DNA from: the human T2T-CHM13v2.0 reference genome, Homo sapiens
Direction: 5' to 3' (one strand)
Assembly (NCBI RefSeq): GCF_009914755.1
Contig: NC_060935.1
DNA length: 64,000 bases
A program made the position numbers and the translations under genes. The notes under the pieces are model-generated. The model was not told where the DNA came from, did not search any database, and saw only the letters and a list, made by a program, of their open reading frames with translations. How positions within the stretch are numbered: position 1 is the stretch's first letter; the number at the start of each line of letters is the position of its first letter. Shown here in pieces: positions 26,701 to 41,450 of this stretch.

Positions 26701-28750
26701 CTCTTTCTTTGGATTCTGCAAGTGGATATGTGGACCTCTGTGAAGATTTCGTTGGAAACGGGTTCATCTTCACAGAAAAACTAAACAGAAGCATTCTCAG
26801 AAACTGCTTTGTGATGTTTGTGTTCCACTTCAGGAATTGAACTTTCCTCTTGACAGAGCAGCTCTGAAACCCTCTTATTCTAGAATCTGCAAGTGGACAT
26901 TTGGAGGGCTTTGAGGCCTGTGGTGGAAAAGGAAAATCTTCACATAAAAACTAGATGGAAGCATTCTCAGAAACTACTTTGTGATGATTGCATTCGACTC
27001 ACAGAGTTGAACATTCCTATAGATAGAGCAGGTTGTAAACAATCTTTTTCTAGAATCTGCGATTGGAGACTTGGACTGCTTTGAGGCCTACTGTAGTAAA
27101 GGAAATAACTTCATCTAAAAACCAAACGGAAGCATTCACAGACAATTCTCAGTGATCATTGGATTGAACTAACAGAGCTGAACATTCCTTTAGATGGAGC
27201 AGTTTCCAAACACACTTTCTGTAGAATCTGCAAGTGGATATTTGGACTTCTCTGAGGATTTCGTTGGAAACGGGATAAAGTTCCCAGAACTACACGGAAG
27301 CATTGTGAGAAACTTCTTTGTGATGTTTGCATTCAACTCACAGAGTTGAACCTTGCTTTCATAGTTCAGCTTTCAAACACTCTTTTTGTAGAATCTGCAA
27401 GTGGATATTTGGACCACTTTGTGGCCTTCCTTCGAAACGGGTATATCTTCACATCAAACCTAGACAGAAGCATTCTCAGAATGTTTCCTGTGATGACTGC
27501 ATTCAACTCACAGAGGTGAACAATCCTGCTGATGGAGCAGTTTTGAAACTCTCTTTCTTTGGATTCTGCAAGTGGATATGTGGACCTCTGTGAAGATTTC
27601 GTTGGAAACGGGTTCATCTTCACAGAAAAACTAAACAGAAGCATTCTCAGAAACTGCTTTGTGATGTTTGTGCTCCACTTCAGGAATTGAACTTTCCTCT
27701 TGACAGAGCAGCTCTGAAACCCTCTTATTCTAGAATCTGCAAGTGGACATTTGGAGGGCTTTGAGGCCTGTGGTGGAAAAGGAAAATCTTCACATAAAAA
27801 CTAGATGGAAGCATTCTCAGAAACTACTTTGTGATGATTGCATTCGACTCACAGAGTTGAACATTCCTATAGATAGAGCAGGTTGTAAACAATCTTTTTC
27901 TAGAATCTGCGATTGGATATTTGGACTGCTTTGAGGCCTACTGTAGTAAAGGAAATAACTTCATCTAAAAACCAAACGGAAGCATTCACAGACAATTCTC
28001 AGTGATGATTGGATTGAACTAACAGAGCTGAACATTCCTTTAGATGGCGCAGTTTCCAAACACACTTTCTGTAGAATCTGCAAGTGGATATTTGGACTTC
28101 TCTGAGGATTTCGTTGGAAACGGGATAAACTTCCCAGAACTACACGGAAGCATTGTGAGAAACTTCTTTGTGATGTTTGCATTCAACTCACAGAGTTGAA
28201 CGTTGCTTTCATAGTTCAGCTTTCAAACACTCTTTTTGTAGAATCTGCAAGTGGATATTTGGACCACTTTGTGGCCTTCCTTCGAAACGGGTATATCTTC
28301 ACATCAAACCTAGACAGAAGCATTCTCAGAATGTTTCCTGTGATGACTGCATTCAACTCACAGAGGTGAACAATCCTGCTGATGGAGCAGTTTTGAAACT
28401 CTCTTTCTTTGGATTCTGCAAGTGGATATGTTGACCTCTGTGAAGATTTCGTTGGAAACGGGTTCATCTTCACAGAAAAACTAAACAGGAGCATTCTCAG
28501 AAACTGCTTTGTGATGTTTGTGTTCCACTTCAAGAATTGAACTTTCCTCTTGACAGAGAAGCTCTGAAACCCTCTTTTTCTAGAATCTGCAAGTGGACAT
28601 TTGGAGGGCTTTGAGGCCTGTGGTGGAAAAGGAAAATCTTCACATAAAAACTAGATGGAAGCATTCTCAGAAACTACTTTGTGATGATTGCATTCGACTC
28701 ACAGAGTTGAACATTCCTATAGATAGAGCAGGTTGTAAACAATCTTTTTG
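20750..28750 (+). repeat. 4250-bp (5-HOR) period tandem duplication
   Basis: Rare variants paired at +4250, e.g. 21349/25599, 21679/25929, 21847/26097, 21994/26244, 23030/27280, 23423/27673, 23668/27918, 24309/28559. Boundaries approximate. Confidence 0.92.
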
Positions 28751-31499
28751 TAGAATCTGCGATTGGAGATTTGGACTGCTTTGAGGCCTACTGTAGTAAA
28801 GGAAATAACTTCATCTAAAAACCAAACGGAAGCATTTACAGACAATTCTTAGTGATGATTGGATTGAACTAACAGAGCTGAACATTCCTTTAGATGGAGC
28901 AGTTTCCAAACCCACTTTCTGTAGAATCTGCAAGTGGATATTTGGACTTCTCTGAGGATTTCGTTGGAAACGGGATAAACTTCCCAGAACTACAGGGAAG
29001 CATTCTGAGAATCTTCTTTGTGATGTTTGCATTCAACTCACAGAGTTGAACCTTGCTTTCATAGTTCAGCTTTCAAACACTCTTTTTGTAGAATCTGCAA
29101 GTGGATATTTGGACCACTTTGTGGCCTTCCTTCGAAACGGGTATATCTTCACATCAAACCTAGACAGAAGCATTCTCAGAATGTTTCCTGTGATGACTGC
29201 ATTCAACTCACAGAGGTGAACAATCCTGTTGATGGAGCACTTTTGAAACTCTCTTTCTTTGGATTCTGCCAGTTGATATGTGGACCTCTGTGAAGATTTC
29301 GTTGGAAACGGGTTCATCTTCACAGAAAAACTAAACAGAAGCATTCTCAGAAACTACTTTGTGATGTTTGTGTTCCACTTCAAGAATTGAACTTTCCTCT
29401 TGACAGAGCAGCTCTGAAACCCTCTTTTTCTAGAATCTGCAAGTGGACATTTGGAGGGATTTGAGGCCTGTGGTGGAAAAGGAAAATCTTCACATAAAAA
29501 CTAGATGGAAGCATTCTCAGAAACTACTTTGTGATGATTGCATTCGACTCACAGAGTTGAACATTCCTATAGATAGAGCAGGTTGTAAACAATCTTTTTG
29601 TAGAATCTGCGATTGGAGATTTGGACTGCTTTGAGGCCTACTGTAGTAAAGGAAATAACTTCATCTAAAAACCAAACGGAAGCATTCACAGACAATTCTT
29701 AGTGATCATTGCATTGAACTAACAGAGCTGAACATTCCTTTAGATGGCGCAGTTTCCAAACACACTTTCTGTAGAATCTGCAAGTGGATATTTGGACTTC
29801 TCTGAGGATTTCGTTGGAAACGGGATAAACTTCCCAGAACTACACGGAAGCATTGTGAGAAACTTCTTTGTGATGTTTGCATTCAACTCACAGAGTTGAA
29901 CCTTGCTTTCATAGTTCAGCTTTCAAACACTCTTTTTGTAGAATCTGCAAGTGGATATTTGGACCACTTTGTGGCCTTCCTTCGAAACGGGTATATCTTC
30001 ACATCAAACCTAGACAGAAGCATTCTCAGAATGTTTCCTGTGATGACTGCATTCAACTCACAGAGGTGAACAATCCTGCTGATGGAGCAGTTTTGAAACT
30101 CTCTTTCTTTGGATTCTGCAAGTGGATATGTGGACCTCTGTGAAGATTTCGTTGGAAACGGGTTCATCTTCACAGAAAAACTAAACAGAAGCATTCTCAG
30201 AAACTGCTTTGTGATGTTTGTGTTCCACTTCAGGAATTGAACTTTCCTCTTGACAGAGCAGCTCTGAAACCCTCTTATTCTAGAATCTGCAAGTGGACAT
30301 TTGGAGGGCTTTGAGGCCTGTGGTGGAAAAGGAAAATCTTCACATAAAAACTAGATGGAAGCATTCTCAGAAACTACTTTGTGATGATTGCATTCGACTC
30401 ACAGAGTTGAACATTCCTATAGATAGAGCAGGTTGTAAACAATCTTTTTGTAGAATCTGCGATTGGAGATTTGGACTGCTTTGAGGCCTACTGTAGTAAA
30501 GGAAATAACTTCATCTAAAAACCAAACGGAAGCATTTACAGACAATTCTCAGTGATGATTGGATTGAACTAACAGAGCTGAACATTCCTTTAGATGGAGC
30601 AGTTTCCAAACCCACTTTCTGTAGAATCTGCAAGTGGATATTTGGAATTCTCTGAGGATTTCGTTGGAAACGGGATAAACTTCCCAGAACTACACGGAAG
30701 CATTCTGAGAAACTTCTTTGTGATGTTTGCATTCAACTCACAGAGTTGAACCTTGCTTTCATAGTTCAGCTTTCAAACACTCTTTTTGTAGAATCTGCAA
30801 GTGGATATTTGGACCACTTTGTGGCCTTCCTTCGAAACGGGTATATCTTCACATCAAACCTAGACAGAAGCATTCTCAGAATGTTTCCTGTGATGACTGC
30901 ATTCAACTCACAGAGGTGAACAATCCTGTTGATGGAGCACTTTTGAAACTCTCTTTCTTTGGATTCTGCAAGTTGATATGTGGACCTCTGTGAAGATTTC
31001 GTTGGAAACGGGTTCATCTTCACAGAAAAACTAAACAGAAGCATTCTCAGAAACTGCTTTGTGATGTTTGTGTTCCACTTCAGGAATTGAACTTTCCTCT
31101 TGACAGAGCAGCTCTGAAACCCTCTTTTTCTAGAATCTGCAAGTGGACATTTGGAGGGCTTTGAGGCCTGTGGTGGAAAAGGAAAATCTTCACATAAAAA
31201 CTAGATGGAAGCATTCTCAGAAACTACTTTGTGATGATTGCATTCGACTCACAGAGTTGAACATTCCTATAGATAGAGCAGGTTGTAAACAATCTTTTTG
31301 TAGAATCTGCGATTGGAGATTTGGACTGCTTTGAGGCCTACTGTAGTAAAGGAAATAACTTCATCTAAAAACCAAACGGAAGCATTCACAGACAATTCTT
31401 AGTGATCATTGCATTGAACTAACAGAGCTGAACATTCCTTTAGATGGCGCAGTTTCCAAACACCCTTTCTGTAGAATCTGCAAGTGGATATTTGGACTT

Positions 31500-34400
31500 C
31501 TCTGAGGATTTCGTTGGAAACGGGATAAACTTCCCAGAACTACACGGAAGCATTGTGAGAAACTTCTTTGTGATGTTTGCATTCAACTCACAGAGTTGAA
31601 CCTTGCTTTCATAGTTCAGCTTTCAAACACTCTTTTTGTAGAATCTGCAAGTGGATATTTGGACCACTTTGTGGCCTTCCTTCGAAACGGGTATATCTTC
31701 ACATCAAACCTAGACAGAAGCATTCTCAGAATGTTTCCTGTGATGACTGCATTCAACTCACAGAGGTGAACAATCCTGCTGATGGAGCAGTTTTGAAACT
31801 CTCTTTCTTTGGATTCTGCAAGTGGATATGTGGACCTCTGTGAAGATTTCGTTGGAAACGGGTTCATCTTCACAGAAAAACTAAACAGAAGCATTCTCAG
31901 AAACTGCTTTGTGATGTTTGTGTTCCACTTCAGGAATTGAACTTTCCTCTTGACAGAGCAGCTCTGAAACCCTCTTATTCTAGAATCTGCAAGTGGACAT
32001 TTGGAGGGCTTTGAGGCCTGTGGTGGAAAAGGAAAATCTTCACATACAAACTAGATGGAAGCATTCTCAGAAAAAACTTTGTGATGATTGCATTCGACTC
32101 ACAGAGTTGAACATTCCTATAGATGGAGCAGGTTGTAAAAAATCTTTTTCTAGAATCTGCGATTGGAGATTTGGACTGCTTTGAGGCCTACTGTAGTAAA
32201 GGAAATAACTTCATCTAAAAACCAAACGGAAGCATTCACAGACAATTCTTAGTGATCATTGGATTGAACTAACAGAGCTGAACATTCCTTTAGATGGCGC
32301 AGTTTCCAAACACACTTTCTGTAGAATCTGCAAGTGGATATTTGGACTTCTCTGAGGATTTCGTTGGAAACGGGATAAACTTCCCAGAACTACACGGAAG
32401 CATTGTGAGAAACTTCTTTGTGATGTTTGCATTCAACTCACAGAGTTGAACCTTGCTTTCATAGTTCAGCTTTCAAACACTCTTTTTGTAGAATCTGCAA
32501 GTGGATATTTGGACCACTTTGTGGCCTTCCTTCGAAACGGGTATATCTTCACATCAAACCTAGACAGAAGCATTCTCAGAATGTTTCCTGTGATGACTGC
32601 ATTCAACTCACAGAGGTGAACAATCCTGCTGATGGAGCAGTTTTGAAAGTCTCTTTCTTTGGATTCTGCAAGTGGATATGTGGACCTCTGTGAAGATTTC
32701 GTTGGAAACGGGTTCATCTTCACAGAAAAACTAAACAGAAGTATTCTCAGAAACTGCTTTGTGATGTTTGTGTTCCACTTCAGGAATTGAACTTTCCTCT
32801 TGACAGAGCAGCTCTGAAACCCTCTTATTCTAGAATCTGCAAGTGGACATTTGGAGGGCTTTGAGGCCTGTGGTGGAAAAGGAAAATCTTCACATAAAAA
32901 CTAGATGGAAGCATTCTCAGAAACTACTTTGTGATGATTGCATTCGACTCACAGAGTTGAACATTCCTATAGATAGAGCAGGTTGTAAACAATCTTTTTC
33001 TAGAATCTGCGATTGGAGACTTGGACTGCTTTGAGGCCTACTGTAGTAAAGGAAATAACTTCATCTAAAAACCAAACGGAAGCATTCACAGAAAATTCTC
33101 AGTGATCATTGGATTGAACTAACAGAGCTGAACATTCCTTTAGATGGCGCAGTTTCCAAACACACTTTCTGTAGAATCTGCAAGTGGATATTTGGACTTC
33201 TCTGAGGATTTCGTTGGAAACGGGATAAACTTCCCAGAACTACACGGAAGCATTGTGAGAAACTTCTTTGTGATGTTTGCATTCAACTCACAGAGTTGAA
33301 CCTTGCTTTCATAGTTCAGCTTTCAAACACTCTTTTTGTAGAATCTGCAATTGGATATTTGGACCACTTTGTGGCCTTCCTTCGAAACGGGTATATCTTC
33401 ACATCAAACCTAGACAGAAGCATTCTCAGAATGTTTCCTGTGATGACTGCATTCAACTCACAGAGGTGAACAATACTGCTGATGGAGCAGTTTTGAAACT
33501 CTCTTTCTTTGGATTCTGCAAGTGGATATGTGGACCTCTGTGAAGATTTCGTTGGAAACGGGTTCATCTTCACAGAAAAACTAAACAGAAGCATTCTCAG
33601 AAACTGCTTTGTGATGTTTGTGTTCCACTTCAGGAATTGAACTTTCCTCTTGACAGAGCAGCTCTGAAACCCTCTTTTTCTAGAATCTGCAAGTGGACAT
33701 TTGGAGGGCTTTGAGGCCTGTGGTGGAAAAGGAAAATCTTCACATAAAAACTAGATGGAAGCATTCTCAGAAACTACTTTGTGATGATTGCATTCGACTC
33801 ACAGAGTTGAACATTCCTATAGATAGAGCAGGTTGTAAACAATCTTTTTGTAGAATCTGCGATTGGAGATTTGGACTGCTTTGAGGCCTACTGTAGTAAA
33901 GGAAATAACTTCATCTAAAAACCAAACGGAAGCATTCACAGACAATTCTTAGTGATCATTGCATTGAACTAACAGAGCTGAACATTCCTTTAGATGGCGC
34001 AGTTTCCAAACACACTTTCTGTAGAATCTGCAAGTGGATATTTGGACTTCTCTGAGGATTTCGTTGGAAACGGGATAAACTTCCCAGAACTACACGGAAG
34101 CATTGTGAGAAACTTCTTTGTGATGTTTGCATTCAACTCACAGAGTTGAACCTTGCTTTCTTAGTTCAGCTTTCAAACACTCTTTTTGTAGAATCTGCAA
34201 GTGGATATTTGGACCACTTTGTGGCCTTCCTTCGAAACGGGTATATCTTCACATCAAACCTAGACAGAAGCATTCTCAGAATGTTTCCTGTGATGACTGC
34301 ATTCAACTCACAGAGGTGAACAATCCTGCTGATGGAGCAGTTTTGAAACTCTCTTTCTTTGGATTCTGCAAGTGGATATGTGGACCTCTGTGAAGATTTC

Positions 34401-37400
34401 GTTGGAAACGGGTTCATCTTCACAGAAAAACTAAACAGAAGCATTCTCAGAAACTGCTTTGTGATGTTTGTGTTCCACTTCAGGAATTGAACTTTCCTCT
34501 TGACAGAGCAGCTCTGAAACCCTCTTATTCTAGAATCTGCAAGTGGACATTTGGAGGGCTTTGAGGCCTGTGGTGGAAAAGGAAAATCTTCACATAAAAA
34601 CTAGATGGAAGCATTCTCAGAAACTACTTTGTGATGATTGCATTCGACTCACAGAGTTGAACATTCCTATAGATAGAGCAGGTTGTAAACAATCTTTTTG
34701 TAGAATCTGCGATTGGAGATTTGGACTGCTTTGAGGCCTACTGTAGTAAAGGAAATAACTTCATCTAAAAACCAAACGGAAGCATTCACAGACAATTCTC
34801 AGTGATGATTGGATTGAACTAACAGAGCTGAACATTCCTTTAGATGGCGCAGATTCCAAACACACTTTCTGTAGAATCTGCAAGTGGATATTTGGACTTC
34901 TCTGAGGATTTCTTTGGAAACGGGATAAACTTCCCAGAACTACACGGAAGCATTGTGAGAAACTTCTTTGTGATGTTTGCATTCAACTCACAGAGTTGAA
35001 CCTTGCTTTCATAGTTCAGCTTTCAAACCCTCTTTTTGTAGAATCTGCAAGTGGATATTTGGACCACTTTGTGGCCTTCCTTCGAAACGGGTATATCTTC
35101 ACATCAAACCTAGACAGAAGCATTCTCAGAATGTTTCCTGTGATGACTGCATTCAACTCACAGAGGTGAACAATCCTGCTGATGGAGCAGTTTTGAAACT
35201 CTCTTTCTTTGGATTCTGCAAGTGGATATGTTGACCTCTGTGAAGATTTCGTTGGAAACGGGTTCATCTTCACAGAAAAACTAAACAGGAGCATTCTCAG
35301 AAACTGCTTTGTGATGTTTGTGTTCCACTTCAAGAATTGAACTTTCCTCTTGACAGAGCAGCTCTGAAACCCTCTTTTTCTAGAATCTGCAAGTGGACAT
35401 TTGGAGGGATTTGAGGCCTGTGGTGGAAAAGGAAAATCTTCACATAAAAACTAGATGGAAGCATTCTCAGAAACTACTTTGTGATGATTGCATTCGACTC
35501 ACAGAGTTGAACATTCCTATAGATAGAGCAGGTTGTAAACAATCTTTTTGTAGAATCTGCGATTGGAGATTTGGACTGCTTTGAGGCCTACTGTAGTAAA
35601 GGAAATAACTTCATCTAAAAACCAAACGGAAGCATTCACAGACAATTCTTAGTGATCATTGCATTGAACTAACAGAGCTGAACATTCCTTTAGATGGAGC
35701 AGTTTCCAAACACACTTTCTGTAGAATCTGCAAGTGGATATTTGGACTTCTCTGAGGATTTCGTTGGAAACGGGATAAACTTCCCAGAACTACACGGAAG
35801 CATTGTGAGAAACTTCTTTGTGATGTTTGCATTCAACTCACAGAGTTGAACCTTGCTTTCATAGTTCAGCTTTCAAACACTCTTTTTGTAGAATCTGCAA
35901 GTGGATATTTGGACCACTTTGTGGCCTTCCTTCGAAACGGGTATATCTTCACATCAAACCTAGACAGAAGCATTCTCAGAATGTTTCCTGTGAAGACTGC
36001 ATTCAACTCACAGAGATGAACAATCCTGTTGATGGAGCACTTTGGAAACTCTCTTTCTTTGGATTCTGCAAGTTGATATGTGGACCTCTGTGAAGATTTC
36101 GTTGGAAACGGGTTCATCTTCACAGAAAAACTAAACAGAAGCATTCTCAAAAATTACTTTGTGATGTTTGTGTTCCACTTCAAGAATTGAACTTTCCTCT
36201 TGACAGAGCAGCTCTGAAAACCTCTTTTTCTAGAATCTGCAAGTGGACATTTGGAGGGCTTTGAGGCCTGTGGTGGAAAAGGAAAATCTTCACATAAAAA
36301 CTAGATGGAAGCATTCTCAGAAACTACTTTGTGATGATTGCATTCGACTCACAGAGTTGAACATTCCTATAGATAGAGCAGGTTGTAAACAATCTTTTTG
36401 TAGAATCTGCGATTGGAGATTTGGACTGCTTTGAGGCCTACTGTAGTAAAGGAAATAACTTCATCTAAAAACCAAACGGAAGCATTCACAGACAATTCTT
36501 AGTGATCATTGGATTGAACTAACAGAGCTGAACATTCCTTTAGATGGAGCAGTTTCCAAACCCACTTTCTGTAGAATCTGCAAGTGGATATTTGGACTTC
36601 TCTGAGGATTTCGTTGGAAACGGGATAAACTTCCCAGAACTACACGGAAGCATTGTGAGAAACTTCTTTGTGATGTTTGCATTCAACTCACAGAGTTGAA
36701 CCTTGCTTTCATAGTTCAGCTTTCAAACACTCTTTTTGTAGAATCTGCAAGTGGATATTTGGACCACTTTGTGGCCTTCCTTCGAAACGGGTATATCTTC
36801 ACATCAAACCTAGACAGAAGCATTCTCAGAATGTTTCCTGTGATGACTGCATTCAACTCACAGAGGTGAACAATCCTGCTGATGGAGCAGTTTTGAAACT
36901 CTCTTTCTTTGGATTCTGCAAGTGGATATGTGGACCTCTGTGAAGATTTCGTTGGAAACGGGTTCATCTTCACAGAAAAACTAAACAGAAGCATTCTCAG
37001 AAACTGCTTTGTGATGTTTGTGTTCCACTTCAGGAATTGAACTTTCCTCTTGACAGAGCAGCTCTGAAACCCTCTTATTCTAGAATCTGCAAGTGGACAT
37101 TTGGAGGGCTTTGAGGCCTGTGGTGGAAAAGGAAAATCTTCACATACAAACTAGATGGAAGCATTCTCAGAAAAAACTTTGTGATGATTGCATTCGACTC
37201 ACAGAGTTGAACATTCCTATAGATGGAGCAGGTTGTAAAAAATCTTTTTCTAGAATCTGCGATTGGAGATTTGGACTGCTTTGAGGCCTACTGTAGTAAA
37301 GGAAATAACTTCATCTAAAAACCAAACGGAAGCATTCACAGACAATTCTTAGTGATCATTGGATTGAACTAACAGAGCTGAACATTCCTTTAGATGGCGC

Positions 37401-40400
37401 AGTTTCCAAACACACTTTCTGTAGAATCTGCAAGTGGATATTTGGACTTCTCTGAGGATTTCGTTGGAAACGGGATAAACTTCCCAGAACTACACGGAAG
37501 CATTGTGAGAAACTTCTTTGTGATGTTTGCATTCAACTCACAGAGTTGAACCTTGCTTTCATAGTTCAGCTTTCAAACACTCTTTTTGTAGAATCTGCAA
37601 GTGGATATTTGGACCACTTTGTGGCCTTCCTTCGAAACGGGTATATCTTCACATCAAACCTAGACAGAAGCATTCTCAGAATGTTTCCTGTGATGACTGC
37701 ATTCAACTCACAGAGGTGAACAATCCTGCTGATGGAGCAGTTTTGAAAGTCTCTTTCTTTGGATTCTGCAAGTGGATATGTGGACCTCTGTGAAGATTTC
37801 GTTGGAAACGGGTTCATCTTCACAGAAAAACTAAACAGAAGCATTCTCAGAAACTGCTTTGTGATGTTTGTGTTCCACTTCAGGAATTGAACTTTCCTCT
37901 TGACAGAGCAGCTCTGAAACCCTCTTATTCTAGAATCTGCAAGTGGACATTTGGAGGGCTTTGAGGCCTGTGGTGGAAAAGGAAAATCTTCACATAAAAA
38001 CTAGATGGAAGCATTCTCAGAAACTACTTTGTGATGATTGCAATCGACTCACAGAGTTGAACATTCCTATAGATAGAGCAGGTTGTAAACAATCTTTTTC
38101 TAGAATCTGCGATTGGAGACTTGGACTGCTTTGAGGCCTACTGTAGTAAAGGAAATAACTTCATCTAAAAACCAAACGGAAGCATTCACAGAAAATTCTC
38201 AGTGATCATTGGATTGAACTAACAGAGCTGAACATTCCTTTAGATGGCGCAGTTTCCAAACACACTTTCTGTAGAATCTGCAAGTGGATATTTGGACTTC
38301 TCTGAGGATTTCGTTGGAAACGGGATAAACTTCCCAGAACTACACGGAAGCATTGTGAGAAACTTTTTGTGATGTTTGCATTCAACTCACAGAGTTGAAC
38401 CTTGCTTTCATAGTTCAGCTTTCAAACACTCTTTTTGTAGAATCTGCAATTGGATATTTGGACCACTTTGTGGCCTTCCTTCGAAACGGGTATATCTTCA
38501 CATCAAACCTAGACAGAAGCATTCTCAGAATGTTTCCTGTGATGACTGCATTCAACTCACAGAGGTGAACAATCCTGCTGATGGAGCAGTTTTGAAACTC
38601 TCTTTCTTTGGATTCTGCAAGTGGATATGTGGACCTCTGTGAAGATTTCGTTGGAAACGGGTTCATCTTCACAGAAAAACTAAACAGAAGCATTCTCAGA
38701 AACTGCTTTGTGATGTTTGTGTTCCACTTCAGGAATTGAACTTTCCTCTTGACAGAGCAGCTCTGAAACCCTCTTTTTCTAGAATCTGCAAGTGGACATT
38801 TGGAGGGCTTTGAGGCCTGTGGTGGAAAAGGAAAATCTTCACATAAAAACTAGATGGAAGCATTCTCAGAAACTACTTTGTGATGATTGCATTCGACTCA
38901 CAGAGTTGAACATTCCTATAGATAGAGCAGGTTGTAAACAATCTTTTTGTAGAATCTGCGATTGGAGATTTGGACTGCTTTGAGGCCTACTGTAGTAAAG
39001 GAAATAACTTCATCTAAAAACCAAACGGAAGCATTCACAGACAATTCTTAGTGATCATTGCATTGAACTAACAGAGCTGAACATTCCTTTAGATGGCGCA
39101 GTTTCCAAACACACTTTCTGTAGAATCTGCAAGTGGATATTTGGACTTCTCTGAGGATTTCGTTGGAAACGGGATAAACTTCCCAGAACTACACGGAAGC
39201 ATTGTGAGAAACTTCTTTGTGATGTTTGCATTCAACTCACAGAGTTGAACCTTGCTTTCTTAGTTCAGCTTTCAAACACTCTTTTTGTAGAATCTGCAAG
39301 TGGATATTTGGACCACTTTGTGGCCTTCCTTCGAAACGGGTATATCTTCACATCAAACCTAGACAGAAGCATTCTCAGAATGTTTCCTGTGATGACTGCA
39401 TTCAACTCACAGAGGTGAACAATCCTGCTGATGGAGCAGTTTTGAAACTCTCTTTCTTTGGATTCTGCAAGTGGATATGTGGACCTCTGTGAAGATTTCG
39501 TTGGAAACGGGTTCATCTTCACAGAAAAACTAAACAGAAGCATTCTCAGAAACTGCTTTGTGATGTTTGTGTTCCACTTCAGGAATTGAACTTTCCTCTT
39601 GACAGAGCAGCTCTGAAACCCTCTTATTCTAGAATCTGCAAGTGGACATTTGGAGGGCTTTGAGGCCTGTGGTGGAAAAGGAAAATCTTCACATAAAAAC
39701 TAGATGGAAGCATTCTCAGAAACTACTTTGTGATGATTGCATTCGACTCACAGAGTTGAACATTCCTATAGATAGAGCAGGTTGTAAACAATCTTTTTCT
39801 AGAATCTGCGATTGGAGATTTGGACTGCTTTGAGGCCTACTGTAGTAAAGGAAATAACTTCATCTAAAAACCAAACGGAAGCATTCACAGACAATTCTCA
39901 GTGATGATTGGATTGAACTAACAGAGCTGAACATTCCTTTAGATGGCGCAGATTCCAAACACACTTTCTGTAGAATCTGCAAGTGGATATTTGGACTTCT
40001 CTGAGGATTTCTTTGGAAACGGGATAAACTTCCCAGAACTACACGGAAGCATTGTGAGAAACTTCTTTGTGATGTTTGCATTCAACTCACAGAGTTGAAC
40101 CTTGCTTTCATAGTTCAGCTTTCAAACCCTCTTTTTGTAGAATCTGCAAGTGGATATTTGGACCACTTTGTGGCCTTCCTTCGAAACGGGTATATCTTCA
40201 CATCAAACCTAGACAGAAGCATTCTCAGAATGTTTCCTGTGATGACTGCATTCAACTCACAGAGGTGAACAATCCTGCTGATGGAGCAGTTTTGAAACTC
40301 TCTTTCTTTGGATTCTGCAAGTGGATATGTTGACCTCTGTGAAGATTTCGTTGGAAACGGGTTCATCTTCACAGAAAAACTAAACAGGAGCATTCTCAGA

Positions 40401-41450
40401 AACTGCTTTGTGATGTTTGTGTTCCACTTCAAGAATTGAACTTTCCTCTTGACAGAGCAGCTCTGAAACCCTCTTTTTCTAGAATCTGCAAGTGGACATT
40501 TGGAGGGATTTGAGGCCTGTGGTGGAAAAGGAAAATCTTCACATAAAAACTAGATGGAAGCATTCTCAGAAACTACTTTGTGATGATTGCATTCGACTCA
40601 CAGAGTTGAACATTCCTATAGATAGAGCAGGTTGTAAACAATCTTTTTGTAGAATCTGCGATTGGAGATTTGGACTGCTTTGAGGCCTACTGTAGTAAAG
40701 GAAATAACTTCATCTAAAAACCAAACGGAAGCATTCACAGACAATTCTTAGTGATCATTGCATTGAACTAACAGAGCTGAACATTCCTTTAGATGGAGCA
40801 GTTTCCAAACACACTTTCTGTAGAATCTGCAAGTGGATATTTGGACTTCTCTGAGGATTTCGTTGGAAACGGGATAAACTTCCCAGAACTACACGGAAGC
40901 ATTGTGAGAAACTTCTTTGTGATGTTTGCATTCAACTCACAGAGTTGAACCTTGCTTTCATAGTTCAGCTTTCAAACACTCTTTTTGTAGAATCTGCAAG
41001 TGGATATTTGGACCACTTTGTGGCCTTCCTTCGAAACGGGTATATCTTCACATCAAACCTAGACAGAAGCATTCTCAGAATGTTTCCTGTGAAGACTGCA
41101 TTCAACTCACAGAGATGAACAATCCTGTTGATGGAGCACTTTGGAAAGTCTCTTTCTTTGGATTCTGCAAGTTGATATGTGGACCTCTGTGAAGATTTCG
41201 TTGGAAACGGGTTCATCTTCACAGAAAAACTAAACAGAAGCATTCTCAAAAATTACTTTGTGATGTTTGTGTTCCACTTCAAGAATTGAACTTTCCTCTT
41301 GACAGAGCAGCTCTGAAAACCTCTTTTTCTAGAATCTGCAAGTGGACATTTGGAGGGCTTTGAGGCCTGTGGTGGAAAAGGAAAATCTTCACATAAAAAC
41401 TAGATGGAAGCATTCTCAGAAACTACTTTGTGATGATTGCATTCGACTCA
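31500..41450 (+). repeat. 5100-bp (6-HOR) period tandem duplication
   Basis: Variant HORs paired at +5100/5099: ORF-track pairs 31993/37093, 32427/37527, 33277/38376, 34127/39226, 34977/40076, 35827/40926. Boundaries approximate. Confidence 0.92.
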
